Origin: a virus
Strand: one strand, 5' to 3'
Length of the DNA stretch: 64,000 bases
Virus record (IMG/VR): IMGVR_UViG_3300044510_000078
In this document: positions 46,808-58,100 of the stretch, in pieces
Layout: each line of letters opens with the position of its first letter
Position numbering within the stretch: the stretch's first letter is position 1
The notes under the pieces: model-generated
Told to the model about the DNA's origin: nothing
Database searches by the model: none
Seen by the model: the letters and a program-made list of their open reading frames with translations, nothing else
Translations under genes and position numbers: made by a program

Positions 46808-48687
46808 TAATTTATGTTAAAAAATGAGTCATTATTGTTAAAAAATAGATAATTTGCCTCTGTAAAAGAAGAAAAATCAGAGATGAGACTACAAGGAGTT
46901 GTTTTAATATAATTGGTTTTTTCAAATTGTCTTACGCCGTTTATCCATATTTGCTCTGAAAAGCCAGTAATATAAATATTGGGAACACTTTCTCCAGCGC
47001 CCAAATACCTTACATACCTTCTGCGAGATTCTCCAGTTATCCTTTCCAAGAACGACAGTAAAGAATATTGTATATTTGTAATTGTATTGACGTTTCCATT
47101 GGGAAGATAAGTAACGTCGGCGGTGAAATCTGGAAGCTCTTCCGCGTAAATCATTACGTATGGATAACTGCCAGAAATGCCAGTTTCATAGTCGTAGTCT
47201 TGAATTAGTTTTTGACCATTTAAAAATAAATCATATCCTGTCAAATTAATTCCAGATATGCCAGTAATTATAATATTCAGACCGCTCTCGATATACTGGG
47301 CTCCAGATGGAAAATAAAGAGGCCCACCATCTTCTATTTGAGTTCCTGAATTGATTAAGATTTTCGACCTACTCCACAAACCGCTATAATTAGTAATCAA
47401 AACATTTTCATTTAGTCTATCGTAAAATAAAAACTCATCATCGTCATAACCAGAAAGTTTGTTAGAGATTAAATTGTAGTCCAAACCACTAATATTGTAA
47501 AGCCCATTGTCGAATACATTAACTCTCTTATATCCAGAAGTATATGCGGAAAAATCTTGCGGGACTTTGATGTTTAAATTATTGACCGGCCTTCTGTATG
47601 TGTATATTTCTAATAAATCTCCTTCTCTCAACTCATTATAAAATGAAAGAAAAATATTAGAATAACTTTCTTTCGTAACATAATCAAAATAAAAATTAAT
47701 TCCTGTGACGGACGGCGCGGTAAATGTATTGCTGCCAGTCAATAGACTTACTCTTTCTTCTACGGAAGAGACTCCAGTTACACCCGAATAAATCCAAACA
47801 GTAGAGTATCCGCCTGTAGGATGCGGAACCTGCTGCTGAACATAGGAATATCCAGTGACGCCACTTATATTAACTGTATCAAATAAATAACCGGTCACTA
47901 TTGGCACAGCGATATTGTCCCCAGAAAAAACAACGTTCTCGTATCCAGAGCAAAAAAGACACTCAATACATCTTTCTTGACCAGTGATTTCTACCGTATC
48001 ATTGAACAAAACAAAATTTTCTATTTCACCAAATAAACCAGTATATCTTTTGTCTGCGTTGTTGTAAAATCCTCCGATATACCATGTATCAGATTTTTTA
48101 TAATTTACTAAAGGGACATTGATATTTTTCAGAACATTTTTTGAGTAGTCGAAAATTCCTACATTAGCTAGATTATCATTAAAAACAGAAAGGGCAACCG
48201 TATTCTTCTCTCTAAGAAGCGTTGAAAAAGAATAAGAGGTCTTGATGCCTCCGGTATTTATATACTCTAAATATAGGTGATTTGCCTGATTCATCCCTAA
48301 ACTAAATCCGCTTAAACCAGTTGGCGACTGCATTGTAGAAAGGATTACCGAAGATTGATTATTTCCAGTAAGATTACAAAAAGAATTATTAAAATCAATA
48401 ACAACGGTAAAATTACTTAAACTGTTATCGTAACCAATCCTTACTATATCTCTACCAGAAAAAATACCAGAATTTATGACCCTAGAAAGATTATAGTCGA
48501 GCGTTTGGACAACGACGCCGGGATTTTTTTCTGAATTAAAAATGCCATTGATTATTTGCTCGCCAGTTGAAAAAAGTTTATTATATACAAATTCTTCCCT
48601 TCCACTTGTGAAATCGTAAATTACAGACAACAGCCCAGTATTGATGGTCTTTATATCTATACAGGTTTTGTAAGTGTCTATATTCAT
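46807..48687 (-). CDS. tail protein with LamG/ConA-like lectin domain, Ser/Thr-Gly rich
   Basis: FTVVIDF...GFSLGMNQANHLYLEY...WYIGGF...GEIENFVLFN is a LamG-like pattern. Confidence 0.65.
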   Translation of the reverse strand: MNIDTYKTCIDIKTINTGLLSVIYDFTSGREEFVYNKLFSTGEQIINGIFNSEKNPGVVVQTLDYNLSRVINSGIFSGRDIVRIGYDNSLSNFTVVIDFNNSFCNLTGNNQSSVILSTMQSPTGLSGFSLGMNQANHLYLEYINTGGIKTSYSFSTLLREKNTVALSVFNDNLANVGIFDYSKNVLKNINVPLVNYKKSDTWYIGGFYNNADKRYTGLFGEIENFVLFNDTVEITGQERCIECLFCSGYENVVFSGDNIAVPIVTGYLFDTVNISGVTGYSYVQQQVPHPTGGYSTVWIYSGVTGVSSVEERVSLLTGSNTFTAPSVTGINFYFDYVTKESYSNIFLSFYNELREGDLLEIYTYRRPVNNLNIKVPQDFSAYTSGYKRVNVFDNGLYNISGLDYNLISNKLSGYDDDEFLFYDRLNENVLITNYSGLWSRSKILINSGTQIEDGGPLYFPSGAQYIESGLNIIITGISGINLTGYDLFLNGQKLIQDYDYETGISGSYPYVMIYAEELPDFTADVTYLPNGNVNTITNIQYSLLSFLERITGESRRRYVRYLGAGESVPNIYITGFSEQIWINGVRQFEKTNYIKTTPCSLISDFSSFTEANYLFFNNNDSFFNIN

Positions 48688-48704
48688 CCTTATTCCTTTA
48701 AGGT

Positions 48705-48712
48705 ATTACACT
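48705..48712 (-). promoter_or_regulatory. AGTGTAAT motif, candidate phage late promoter
   Basis: In the 26-nt gap upstream of the 626-aa gene, followed by SD-like AAGGA. Confidence 0.5.
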
Positions 48713-48713
48713 A

Positions 48714-50372
48714 TTAATAACCAAATTGATGTCCCGGCGCTCTAGTAAAAGTAGGAACAGAAACAATAGAACTTGCAAATTTATTATTCGCTCCTTCAAG
48801 CAAAGAAGAAGAAAGACAATTTTCAGACATGACCTCTCTACTAACTTCAAGTGAAAAATTGCCAGAATTTATTCCCGAAGCTGTAAAATAATAAGGCGAA
48901 GCGTTACTTAGGGTGTTTGTCAGTAGATTATTAATTAGTCCATTTAGCCCAGTATAGCATACCACAAAATTGCCTGTATTTTGGGCGTTTGTTTGGATTT
49001 TGATTTTTTCTCTTGTCTTACACTGTAGGTCTTGGACAACAAAATGGCCTTCAATGTTTGCGGCCGGATATAAATTAAACAACCAGCGCTCAGGCGTAAC
49101 CGAAACAGAATAATCAACGCTATGGGCATAGTCGGCGAAGTCTCTATCGCTAAACGAAGCGCTCATTGAAAACGTAGCCTGACCGGTGTTTTCTGATATT
49201 GAAAAAGAAATTGGCAAAGGATTTATAACCCTCGCACCCGTGTTCAATACGTTCGCAACTTGGCTCCCAATTATAAAAGAATACAAATAAGAATGAAATT
49301 GCCCACTAGATAATACTTGATTTTTAAATGCAGTAATTCTTTCTCTTCTATATTTAACTGGACCCCTTACAATGAACTGGCCGTTTAAATTATAAGTTTT
49401 TAGGTCGTTGATTTCATCCCAATTGACGCTTATTTGGGCGTCGAAATAACCAGCAAAATCTCCAGAATTTCCAGATAAAAAAGAAGCTTTCAATGAAGCG
49501 CTATTTTTGCCGCTATCTTCATTGATGGACATTGTATTTAAGTAGCAGTTACCACTACTTATGCCATATTCGGCAAGTTTTTCATAGGGATTGTAAGAAG
49601 ATAGACTTGTTCTTAATTTTTGCAAATTAGAATCTATGGGAGAGCCCAAAAATTCAACATTCAAATCATAAGAATCGAAATCCTGAGTTCTTCCTTCTGT
49701 TACGCTTAGAGTTGCAGTCTCTACGTATGTGTTTGGAGAATTTGAGCCAGTAACAGGATTGTATCTATAAGTTTCATTGATTGAAACAGACCCGGCGAGT
49801 CTATCAATGTTCTCTGTTATTGAAAGCATTATACCGCTACCTACGCCGACAAATACGGGTAAACAACTAGAGTAGGGGTTTTTACCTGTAAACATTTTTA
49901 CAAATTCGATGGCGTTTTCTATTGCCAAAGAATTATTTCTTACACCCTTCGCGGCGATTTTATGAGAAACGGTTATTGTATTGTCTGTATTTTCTAAGAA
50001 AGAATATTCATTCGATACATCTAAAACGCCACTGGGAATATCAAAAGCTTTTATTTTTACAGAATATGGTATGCCCCCAAATCCAATCAAATTATAAGCG
50101 TTGCTTTGTAAGGAAACTTCCTCGACATGACAGCATGGAATTGAAAGATACTCGTGATTCTCGCCGCTAACCAAAAGCTCTTTAAAGTTTTGCTTAAATA
50201 TATCAAGGATGGAATACAAGACTCCCGTTCCAGTTATGTCGCCAGTTATCCATCCGTTCAAATCAACCGACTGAGTAAAACCCCACCTGTTACCATAGTT
50301 GACAGGCTCAAATTGCCTAGAAACAAATGGGGGTGGATTTATTGCTTGATTGTTATACTTTACTATGGCCAT
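48714..50372 (-). CDS. putative distal-tail-type structural protein, paralog of 50372-52114
   Basis: 552 aa; repeated beta-hairpin modules (SFLENTDNTITVSHKIAAKG; TENIDRLAGSVSINETY). Confidence 0.6.
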   Translation of the reverse strand: MAIVKYNNQAINPPPFVSRQFEPVNYGNRWGFTQSVDLNGWITGDITGTGVLYSILDIFKQNFKELLVSGENHEYLSIPCCHVEEVSLQSNAYNLIGFGGIPYSVKIKAFDIPSGVLDVSNEYSFLENTDNTITVSHKIAAKGVRNNSLAIENAIEFVKMFTGKNPYSSCLPVFVGVGSGIMLSITENIDRLAGSVSINETYRYNPVTGSNSPNTYVETATLSVTEGRTQDFDSYDLNVEFLGSPIDSNLQKLRTSLSSYNPYEKLAEYGISSGNCYLNTMSINEDSGKNSASLKASFLSGNSGDFAGYFDAQISVNWDEINDLKTYNLNGQFIVRGPVKYRRERITAFKNQVLSSGQFHSYLYSFIIGSQVANVLNTGARVINPLPISFSISENTGQATFSMSASFSDRDFADYAHSVDYSVSVTPERWLFNLYPAANIEGHFVVQDLQCKTREKIKIQTNAQNTGNFVVCYTGLNGLINNLLTNTLSNASPYYFTASGINSGNFSLEVSREVMSENCLSSSLLEGANNKFASSIVSVPTFTRAPGHQFGY

Positions 50373-52114
50373 TAAGGAATAGGTGTTTTTTTATTAGTAT
50401 ATGTTATCTCTAAACCCATATTTATAGTATTTTTAGAAGAAAACGAATACTCAAAATTAGACAAAAACCAAGTTGTTTTAAATCCATTTAAATTTAATAA
50501 ACGATTTAGCGCCAATTTTTTTGCTAGTTTTTTAAGAGCTACGAGTTTCGATACTGGAACGGCATATGGAGAAAGTAGGTTATTGGCATTTGGCCTCTCA
50601 ATAGTCGCATCCAAAGAGACGTTTATTTTGCCCTCGGTGCTTTGATAGGCATAATCTATGACGCTTTTATTAGTTGGGCGGTTAATAATTTTTATTTCAT
50701 TAAAAATATCGGCCGGTTTTGTCTCTGATATTTTTGCGTCAATAATTCTAAACCCATCTACACCATCAAGAGAAACTTGATAAATTGGATTCGTAGTGTA
50801 TTTAAATGTCGCAGAAAAAGCCTTTCCTCTAGTTGGGAATTCGTAATCGGAAGATAAGCATACAATGTTGGTCTTAAAAGATGGATTATAATATCCATAA
50901 TTCGCATACAAATTCTGGCAACGGGTTCTTGAATCTGAACGCTCTCCAGCAACTATTTGTGGCATTGTTTGGCCGTTTTCAATTATTAAATTCAGATAAT
51001 CAGCCTGCTTTGGTTGTAGCGCGGCATATCTAATTGAGTCTGTAATGTCCACGTAGCTTGCCTCATTTCTATCCAGAGTCGTATTGATTTCTTTACGAAA
51101 TTTCGTTGACCAACTTTTATCATTTGAAAATTTAATTGTAGAATTTATTGTAAGAGCTGGCTTGTTTAGTGTTTTTGATACATCTACTGGCTGATTCATT
51201 AGGGCGTCTATTGACGTATAACCGAATTGATTTACCCAAGACTGTAGAGCGTCATTGCATCTATTAAAACTTTGTCCATAGAGTGTCGAGAATCCGGCTT
51301 CTGCCTGTGCAAAAGAAAACCTACCAACCACAGTAATGTTTTCAGTAACATTGACTATACCATCTTCGCCCATGTCCAAAGAGCGGGCGACATTATGAGT
51401 AGATGTGCCGAGATTGCTCGGAGCCAACTCTTTCTTTTTCTCAAAACTGAAAGTGTTTTTGAACAGGTCGTAATTTTCGGTGAAATAATTTTTGCTTGTG
51501 GAATAATCGGCATAATCGAGGAGCGCTCCAGTAAATCCGTAAAAACTAAATCCACTGATTAAATTATCTGTTGTGAAAAGTCCAGACGCGACCTCTTGGG
51601 CTAAAGTTTTTGTAGATTTCTGCGAGTCTCCAGAGCGTAAGGTAAGGTTGAGAACGTGGGAATAACTTTTGCCGCCGTCTTCTTTCGTTTCAAAATTAAA
51701 TGATTCCGAAAATTCATCTAGGTATTTATAATAACCAGTTATTGTGCTCTTTATTCCGGCGTAATATTTGTTTTCGCTGAATTCGCCCGTGTGAGAACCT
51801 AAAAAATCGCCGGTTTTCCTCACTTCTACAGTGGTTATGTATTTGCAGAATCTTATATTGTCTTCTTTGGTTTCTTGGGAGATAGGCGCAGAAAGGGAGA
51901 CGATATTAATATCTCCTGAAAAAGCTCCGATTGCTTGGGAAATTGTTGATTTTAAATATGAGCTTAAATTCGCAGTATTAAATAGGTCTGTTCCATAAAT
52001 TTCAAGGGTGAGGGTTTCTATTTCTCGATGTTGTAATGCGTTTCCAAGATATTCTTTTTTTGAAGAGTATCCTAATAATCCAGTATAGATTCCTTGATTT
52101 AGATTAAGTGGCAT
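50372..52114 (-). CDS. putative distal-tail-type structural protein immediately after the tape measure
   Basis: 580 aa; modules FNFETKEDGGKSYSHVL, LDMGEDGIVNVTENITVVG, TENYDLFKNTFSF. Confidence 0.6.
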   Translation of the reverse strand: MPLNLNQGIYTGLLGYSSKKEYLGNALQHREIETLTLEIYGTDLFNTANLSSYLKSTISQAIGAFSGDINIVSLSAPISQETKEDNIRFCKYITTVEVRKTGDFLGSHTGEFSENKYYAGIKSTITGYYKYLDEFSESFNFETKEDGGKSYSHVLNLTLRSGDSQKSTKTLAQEVASGLFTTDNLISGFSFYGFTGALLDYADYSTSKNYFTENYDLFKNTFSFEKKKELAPSNLGTSTHNVARSLDMGEDGIVNVTENITVVGRFSFAQAEAGFSTLYGQSFNRCNDALQSWVNQFGYTSIDALMNQPVDVSKTLNKPALTINSTIKFSNDKSWSTKFRKEINTTLDRNEASYVDITDSIRYAALQPKQADYLNLIIENGQTMPQIVAGERSDSRTRCQNLYANYGYYNPSFKTNIVCLSSDYEFPTRGKAFSATFKYTTNPIYQVSLDGVDGFRIIDAKISETKPADIFNEIKIINRPTNKSVIDYAYQSTEGKINVSLDATIERPNANNLLSPYAVPVSKLVALKKLAKKLALNRLLNLNGFKTTWFLSNFEYSFSSKNTINMGLEITYTNKKTPIP

Positions 52115-52122
52115 TTTTTATT

Positions 52123-55100
52123 TTATGCTGTAACTGTTGCTGGAGTTGGTTCTCCGAACTTAGAAGAAAACTTACTATAAAGCTGATTATAAATCATTTC
52201 TCCAAATTCTTCTTTATTATCTTCAAATTTTTCTGACAATAAAGAAACCAAAGCTTCATCTCCAGTTAGATTAAATCCAATATCTAAAAATAACTTTGTG
52301 TCTGGTTGAACAGCGCTCAAGTTAGGATTACCACTGTCATTGGTGCTCGGAGTAGGATTACCACTGTCATTGGTGCTCGGAGATTTTCTATTTTTATTAA
52401 GGATTTCCTTAATGTAGCCGTTTATTTCTTTTAGTTGCGTATTTAGAGAATCTCGTTCTGTGGAATTAGAAGATACGTTTACCTTTCTGTAAAGTATGTC
52501 TCTACGTTTTTCTAACCTTTGTAAAGCGATATTGTCTTCTTCAGTAAGTCCGGCCCGACCTAGGGCTACGCCTCTAAGCGCATTAATGCTTTTTATTTCT
52601 TTTTCAGTTCCTGTCATTTTTTGATATGCAACATCAGCCGGTGTAGGGACTCCTTCTGGTAAAAACGAAGGAAAAAGTGAAGAAATTATCATGCCCCCCA
52701 GCGAGGAATGAGCAGCAGCAATACGCGCGTAGTCCATCTTTGAAAATTCCCTTTTTCCATCATCTTCTGGAAGACTGTTTGCAAAATTTTCTGCTTCTTT
52801 AAGTTTTGGATTTGGTTTATTTTCACCACCCCTTAACGCGGCCGATTTTATTTCATTTATCAACTTAATTTGATTTTCTAAAGATTTATTATGAGCATTC
52901 CAAAGCGCAACTGTTTGTGCGGCAGCCGTTCTTAAATCTGTGAAATTAGTTTTCAATCCTTGCGATTCATTCGCTATTTCCCTAAAACGCGCAAGTGCAT
53001 CGGCTATATTTGTGTCTAATTGTTGTTTTGCAAATTTTGGAGAAAGGACTTTTTCAAGCTCGTTTGCAATAGCAGAAGGCAAAACCTGTATTCCCTTTGC
53101 TATTGAAGATATATCATCCGGCATTTTATCTGATTTTAGTTCTTTGTTAATTTGCTCTTTCGCAATAAGCCCAGTCTTTGATTTTGCAGACATAAGTTCT
53201 TCTATGGCTCCGAGAATAGCCCCCCTCTTTTGCGGGTCTTTCGTGCGAGATAAAGCTCTTTCTAATGAAAGGACTTGAGTCCTAATATCTTTATTTAGCG
53301 ATTTTTCAAGGCCAACAGCCGCGATTTGCCTCAAACCTGCGCCTGACTTTCCTCCCAAATAATCGGTGCCAAGCATTTTTTGTAAATTTTGTCCAAGCTT
53401 TAAGGCTCCACGTCCACTACGAATGTCATTATTTCCTAAAATGAAAGAGCTTGCTCCACGGGCTATATTTGTATTTAATTCTCTTGCCTCGTCAGGGTTT
53501 GAGAAAGAAGAAGCTCCACCTCTAAAAGCGAGTCTTTGATTTTTGTCATATGAAAAATTTGAAATTTTAATTGCGTCAGCAGCCTTTCTGAATTCGTCTC
53601 TCATTTCGTCATTGTTTATTTTTTCTAAGATTTTATTTGCATAAATTCTTTCTTCTTTAGATATTTGATTCCCCCTCATCAAGTCATCTAAACTTCGTTT
53701 CATAATGTTTGTTGAATTCATTATTTCTGTTGTGTTGCCTCTTTTCATTATCCCTTGAAACATATTTGACACTATATCAGTTATATGGGTTTTATCTGTA
53801 TTTATGGATACCTCTTCTTCTTTTCCGGTTTTTGGATTTTTTCTTTTGGTTTTTGTTTCTGATTCAATATCTAAACTAGAAACAGCCTCGCTCAATGTTT
53901 TTTTAAACATTTGTCCAATATTGTTGATTGCCGTTTCTTTAGTTTCAAATTCTCTTACGAACCTTTCTCCAGTAAATGATGAAGCATAATCTATCCCAAT
54001 ACGTCTGTCAGTGAGAGAGGAGTCTATCTTTCGTAAAAATCCAGCTTTTATAGAAGAACGATAGTCTTTAATTGCTTTAGTAAGCAGTTCTTGTTCTGCG
54101 TTTACTAGAGATTTTTTTATTCTATTCTTTTTTATTTCTTCTGTTTCATTAGCTAATGATTCATTAACATTTCTTGCTGTGATTGCTAGAGCTTTTATCG
54201 CTGAAGTAAGAATAGAAAATTGTAGTGGGTCATTCCCCCCCAATTGAGAAAGAAATATGGCATGAGCTTTTCCAAAAATAGATTCTAATTTTTTTAAACT
54301 TTCTGTTCGTTGTCCTTCTGTTTCGAAATTTAAAGAATCAGAAGTAAAACTATCAAGCTTTCCTTTTTGCTCTTCATCCATAGACAGCAAAACTCCTTTT
54401 GCGTATGAATTAACATTTAATTCTGCCGCACTCCTACCACGACCAGAGTCAAAAAATATATTTTTATTATTTTTATAAATCTCCGCATATTTCGAAGCCG
54501 TCTCAAATTGCGAACGTTCTTTGTCAGACTTTTCTCGAAATTCTTCTATAACTTTTACTTTTTCTTTTTCTGATGTTGTATCTTGTAATTTTTTAGCTAA
54601 GCCTGCCCCACCAAGAGTAATCATATCCCTGAGCGTCGCTGAAAGTTTGCGTTTCACATTGTTTAAACTCTCCGCATCTGCATTATCTGAAGATAGAATT
54701 TCATTTTGTTTAGAAAGCAACTGAAGATATTTATCACCTTCTTGTGAAATTTTCTTATCGGTTTCGATTTTTGATTCAAGAGTTTTTATTTTGTAAGTTG
54801 CATCTCTTAGGCTTTTTTGATAAATTTCATAAACATTTATTATACCTATTGTTAAACCAGCTAATATCCCAATTGGCCCCGGCAAAGCCATCATAACTTG
54901 CGCCGAAGTCATCATTGCATTTCCAAGTTCTTGTGTCCTTTCTTTAAGAGGATTTGTATTATCCATTAAAGAAGAAGCCATTGAGACAGCGCTTGATGCG
55001 GCAAACCCGCCTCCAGTTGCATAACTTTTCCATTTTTCTACCGCCCCCTTTCTTGAAAGACTTTTTTCAACATCTCTAACTTGAGTTCTAGTTTCTACTA

Positions 55101-58100
55101 TCTCTTTTCTTTTTGCTACCATTTTCGCTTCTGCTAATTGTCTTTGACTTTCTGCATTGTTAAAATCTGCGCGAGTAACTGATGCTGCTCTGGCTTGTAA
55201 AGCTGCATGGCGCTCATCTTTAGCTTTATGAAAGGCTCCCCTACTTTCTATAACTTTTTTATTTAACATTTCTAAACTGTCTTTTAATTTTTGAGTGCCA
55301 TCAAGTAGCCCTTTTACGTTCCCTAAAGAATTGACAAACATAGTCAAACCAAACAAACCAGACGCTCCAACGCCCCCAATTAACCCATCATCTGCGAAAT
55401 TCGGAATAAAACCTTTTGCCCTTCCAGCATTTCTTGGGTCAAGACCCTTGCTTAAATAACGATTTATTCCTTGATATCCACCAATGGGTTCGTCCCTTTT
55501 ATTGGCGACTCCAATTCCGAGTGGATTACCAGTTGAAATTAATTTCTTATTAGAGAATGCATAAATTTGAGAATATGGGAGTCCAGATTGTTTTTTCTCT
55601 CTGTTTATCGCTTCAGAAACTCCGAAGCTTGGGATATAACCAAAACTTAAAGATGGAACATTTTTTATTCCAGCAATTTGAGCAAGAGTAAACCTATGAT
55701 TTCCGTCGGAAATTTCTCTATGATTTTCTGGAAAATCTCGCACGGAAATAGGATTCTTTTTTAAAAATTGATAAAGCTTTTTTTTGTTTGTTTTAGAAGA
55801 AAATAATTCTCCAATGCCAGATTTTGTAATCTCACCATCATAATCAAAGCCTATATAAGATAACAAGTTTTTCAAACCTTCAGTATGTGGACGATTAGCT
55901 TGAGATAGTGTTCCTCCAGACTCAAGGAGCTTTTTTATATTAAAAACTTTTGAAAAACTAGGAATAAATCCACGAGAAAAAGGAATAAACAAAGAGCCAG
56001 ATAATCCCCTCGTCTTAAATAAATTACCGTCTCCTTCAGCAAATGGAGCCTTGATTCCAGTAAATTTTTGGGCTCTTAAAATATTAGTTAATTCGCGGCC
56101 CGCCAGTTGGATAAGTTGTAATTGTTCCTCGCCAGAAGCATTTTTAATTTTTGCTGCCAGACCTTTTGGTAACATATGTTCGTATTTTTTATATAAACGA
56201 ACAATATCAGAGTATTTCCCTAGTTCAAGAATTTTATCTGTCTCAGACAGTTTTTGAGAAATGACATTTTTGTTATAAAGTTTGGCGATTTTTTCATTAT
56301 CAGTAAAATTACCTTGTCCTATGACGGCGACCAATTTATTAGCGACTCCAATAGAATTTCTTCCCAGATTTTCAGGAAGAGTTGGGCGACCAGAGCGAGT
56401 TCCTCTAAAAACTGTTGGGCCGCTTGTATCAGGGGTAAAACCACCCGCCAAACTTAATAACCCTTGATTATGGCCGTATTTTTTCGCAAACTTTTTGGCG
56501 GACTTAACGAATTGTTCCATATACTGTGGGTCCGATTCTTTAACGCCTTTCTTCGCTAAAACCTCTTTCAGCCAACGGCTTTGAAAGACGTTTCTTCCCT
56601 TGAAGATTAAATCTTGAGCAAAATTTGGAATATAGCCCAAAGATTTCATTATTCCTCCACGATGGGAGTCGGCGTGGATTAGCGTAGCAGTAATTTCAGA
56701 TTTACCTAACCTAGCAATTGCTTGGATATTTGCAATGGCGTCGTCATTTAAGTGATATTCGCCGCCCTGCTTTTCTTGTAGTCTTTTTAATAATAGGGCT
56801 TTTTTTTGTGCTGAATTTAATTTTGTATAACCGGGAGAATTTTTCCCTCCAGTATTTTTAATACGACCAATAGAGTTTATTCTAAGGTCATTAAACATAT
56901 CTCCAACGCCGATTACCTTCTTAGGGAATAGACCAAGTTTAGTAAGACGATTAACAATTGCGGCCCTGTTTTCTTTTGAGCTTCTTGCTGTTAGGACTTC
57001 TACTTGTTTTCCAATCAAGCCCTCTCCATGAGGTGTTAGTTTAGAGCTAGGATGAAATATAGATTTTTCAGGAGTAAATGTGTCCGCATAGCCGACTTCT
57101 GGCCCATAGGTTAAAAGAGTTTCGTCCAAGTCCTGAAATACTCTTTGAGCAAAATTCGGGATATGACCCAAAGAAGCTAACCCAATTCTAAAATTTGTAT
57201 AGTTTCCATAGGCTCCTGCATTTTCTGAACTTTTCTCGAAAGATTTTGTATTGAAGCCATGTTTATCAAGAAAGCTCCTTACGAATTTTATACTGCCAAA
57301 TTGCGCCCTGCTATTTAATTCTTCGTCGGCGTTGAAACTCGGCATATCAATACGGATTTGCTTGTAGCCCATTTTCTTGAGCATACCCATATTCACTTTG
57401 AAAGCTTGATAAGCGTCTTTTGCGTTTCTAATGGTTCTTAGGTCTATATAAGCTGGCCTGTTAGCGGCACTTGTCTCTCTTGAACCGAACTTTGTTTGTC
57501 CGTAAACGGCTTTGAGCCCAGAGACTAACTTGGAGTTTATTTTTGTTCCAAAGTCTGCGGTTAGCTTTGTAGAATAAGAGTATGCGCTAACTCCTCTGTT
57601 TGCTATGCCTCCACCAGCTTGAAAAAACATACTACCTAAGCTTTGGTCAATTCCAGATTCTACATTTGACAAATTAGGATTTGTATATGAACGAACTATA
57701 TTTGGGCGGCGCTGCGCTTGTCTGATAAAATTAGATAGCTCATCTGCACCTAAAGTTCCCCTGCGGCCTATTGTTGGAACTCTCACTCCTAATTTAGATG
57801 CTGCGTATAAGAACAACTCGTCCGATAAGCCAATTCCTTCTTTTAATTTTTCGAGAATACTTTGTCCATTTGGCAAATTAGCACAGGCTTGTGTTACTTT
57901 TTCTATAGTTTTTTGAGAAGCGAAATTAGGGATATAACCGCTTGCTGCGAGCATTGGCGCTCTTGAAGATTTATTTAACAAACTAAGACTCGATACTCCC
58001 AGTCTGTCTTTTAGAATTTTAGCCGCCATGCTTTTTCTTGCGTCGTCAGAGTCGGAAGATTTGAACTCGGCTTTTCTTCCAATAGGCAAAGGAAGACCTA

